Assembly (NCBI GenBank): GCA_043228905.1 | Contig: JBHGNT010000003.1 | Span: forward strand, 5,580,001-5,644,000 | Source of the DNA: Azolla caroliniana | Lineage: Eukaryota; Plantae; Polypodiophyta | Direction of reading: 5' to 3' | DNA: 64,000 nucleotides | Shown: positions 61,994-64,000 of the stretch, in pieces | Position numbering within the stretch: the stretch's first letter is position 1 | How the letters are laid out: the number at the start of each line of letters is the position of its first letter | Made by a program: the position numbers and the translations under genes | The notes under the pieces: model-generated | The model's input: the letters and a program-made list of their open reading frames with translations, nothing else | The model's database searches: none | Told to the model about the DNA's origin: nothing

Positions 61994-62964
61994 ACACACA
62001 CACACACTTTCTCCAAGCAATTGCTTATGCATTTGCATTACATCATTCTACGTGGAACCTCTCCAACCCATTCTCTTTTTATTTCATGAACTTAATTGTG
62101 GTTTTCTCTCATTCTACATGCGCCAAGTTAATGTCGTGAATCGGGGACAACAATATGTTCCATAGTAAATGGATTTAGAGATAAGTTCTTGTGATAGGAG
62201 TTTAGTTAGAATCCAATATAACTTCTAATTGTGCCCCATTCATTTGTCTACCCTTCCCACTTAATATGTGCCTCCAACTTTATTCTTGAAAATATTCTAT
62301 TATGGTCTCATTCAAGCGTATGACATTTCACTACCATGGGTTAATAACACATTTTGAAAATCAAGACATGTCTACCACAATGGAAGTGGTATTCTAGGTG
62401 GGTATGGAAGCCTTTCAATCATTTGTTTTGATGCAAAATACTTTGCAACTGGTGCTCAGCAAATGGGAGCAAATGTTTAAATTGTTTGAAATGATCCAGT
62501 TAGATCTAGTGATGTTTATGGTTTGAGATACATGTATATTATGTTTGGAGATATATATAATATGATCGTTTGCGTGAGATATATATAGTATGATCTTGTT
62601 TAAGTCCTGAAACTGGATCAATATGGCAGGTACACAATCCGTTCATGTTGAAACCATGCATTGATTCATTGGAGATTTATGTAGTATGCAACTTTAAGTC
62701 TTTTGAATGTCTGTGTTATATTGTGAAGCCTGGAAGGATGCTTTTGAGAGCATATGCAATATGTGCTCATATCACCCGACAAAGAATGAATTGTGAGGTT
62801 TATAATGTGGTCCATAATTATGTCCTAAAAGTAGGCGTTTGATAAATGTATGAATTAGATCATGTTTAGATTGTGCAAGACATCTACAATGTAACTTATC
62901 ATTAACAAATTTGCATCGATGGATGTAGGGTTCAAGTATAAGGTACTTCCATGTTTTTCAAATA

Positions 62965-63530
62965 TCTTATTTGTGTTATCCATTTTTCAACAATGATACT
63001 AGAAAGCTACTTATATCCTAATATAGAATACTCAATTCACGGTCTTCAACCAAAGGTCTTAGGCTCCATTGTTGGCCACTACAAGCACAATGGCATAAAG
63101 TAAATATGGATTTGGCGTAAAATCAATAAAAACAACTTGTGCGTATTAGTAAACATCAAATAAAATCAACATTGTTAAACAACATCACCAATGGGCAAAC
63201 CATCATAGCTATGGCAATGCTCATGTCGTCGTGACCGTCTTCTTGGTCTTATTTCTGTTATCCATGTTTTCAACAATGATACTAGAAAGTTGCTTATATC
63301 CTAATATAGAATACTCAATTCATGGTCTTCAACTAAAGTTCTTAGGCTCCATTGTTGGCCACTACAAGCACAATGGCATAAAGTAAATATGGATTTGGCA
63401 TAAAATCAATAAAAACAACTTGTGCATATTAGTAAACATCAAATAAAAATCAACATTGTTAAACAACATCACCAATGGGCAAGCCATCATAGCTATGGCA
63501 ATGCTCATGTCGTCGTGACCGTCTTCTTGG
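62965..63530. repeat. Tandem duplication, ~282-bp unit x2
   Basis: TCTTATTT.TGTTATCCAT...GTGACCGTCTTCTTGG at 62965-63246 and 63247-63530. Confidence 0.92.
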
Positions 63531-64000
63531 GAAGCCGAGCTCGCTCTGCTTTGGATATGAGATTCATTGCTAGCATACTTCTAGCATTATGGAAACTAAT
63601 CTCTCAGCATAGTAATAGACATAGATCCAATCACAACCAATACCAATCCAAAAGGCATCCGCAATCCAACTACATTCACCATGAGAATATGCATCATGGA
63701 TATGGTGCTCCATTGAGGCCGGCTTGTACCAATAGAATGATTAAACTGTGGATGGGGAAGATGAGGATGTGAACAGAATCACGAGAGGAAGCACGCATAG
63801 AGAGAGAGCTCTATCAGTAACGGAATTGAGCATAAAGATATGCGTTATAAAGCCCTTGATTAGAGCTTCGTAAGAAGATATAGCAAGTTAAATTTGGTGG
63901 TCTGTGCAAGAAGCAACGATTCAAATAAGGTCATGTATTGTTGACATCCACATACTCAACACGCATTGCGGGTCTTCTATTGTATTCATCATCTTCGACC

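Noticed and set aside
62400-62960. Possible decayed transposase-like coding region
   Set aside because: No identifiable motif and only short ORFs.

Overview
Eukaryotic land-plant nuclear DNA; a fern or other non-seed vascular plant is my inference from a euphyllophyte-type chalcone synthase, heavy microsatellite load and a tRNA-Trp-primed Gypsy-like element. The window is a birth-and-death tandem cluster of TORNADO1-like LRR-Roc-COR (Roco GTPase) genes. It holds one apparently intact 2-exon copy (21822-27390, about 1822 aa, GC-AG intron inside the P-loop) and at least six more pseudogene, fragment or edge copies. The intact copy carries a second N-terminal+LRR module fused after its normal C-terminus. 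It sits head-to-head, 1.7 kb away, with an intronless ankyrin-transmembrane (ACD6/PGG-like) gene. A chalcone synthase-like type III PKS lies inside the cluster. The rest is nested transposons: a copia/Gypsy/hAT-MITE nest at 9.3-15 kb, and a 21.5-kb multi-layer copia nest splitting one Roco copy, which includes one young intact Tnt1-like element with near-identical LTRs and a 5-bp TSD. The main hypothesis is an NLR-cluster-like, non-NLR immune locus built from Roco GTPase receptors and a paired ANK-TM channel. All family assignments are by-eye motif recognition; no searches were run.
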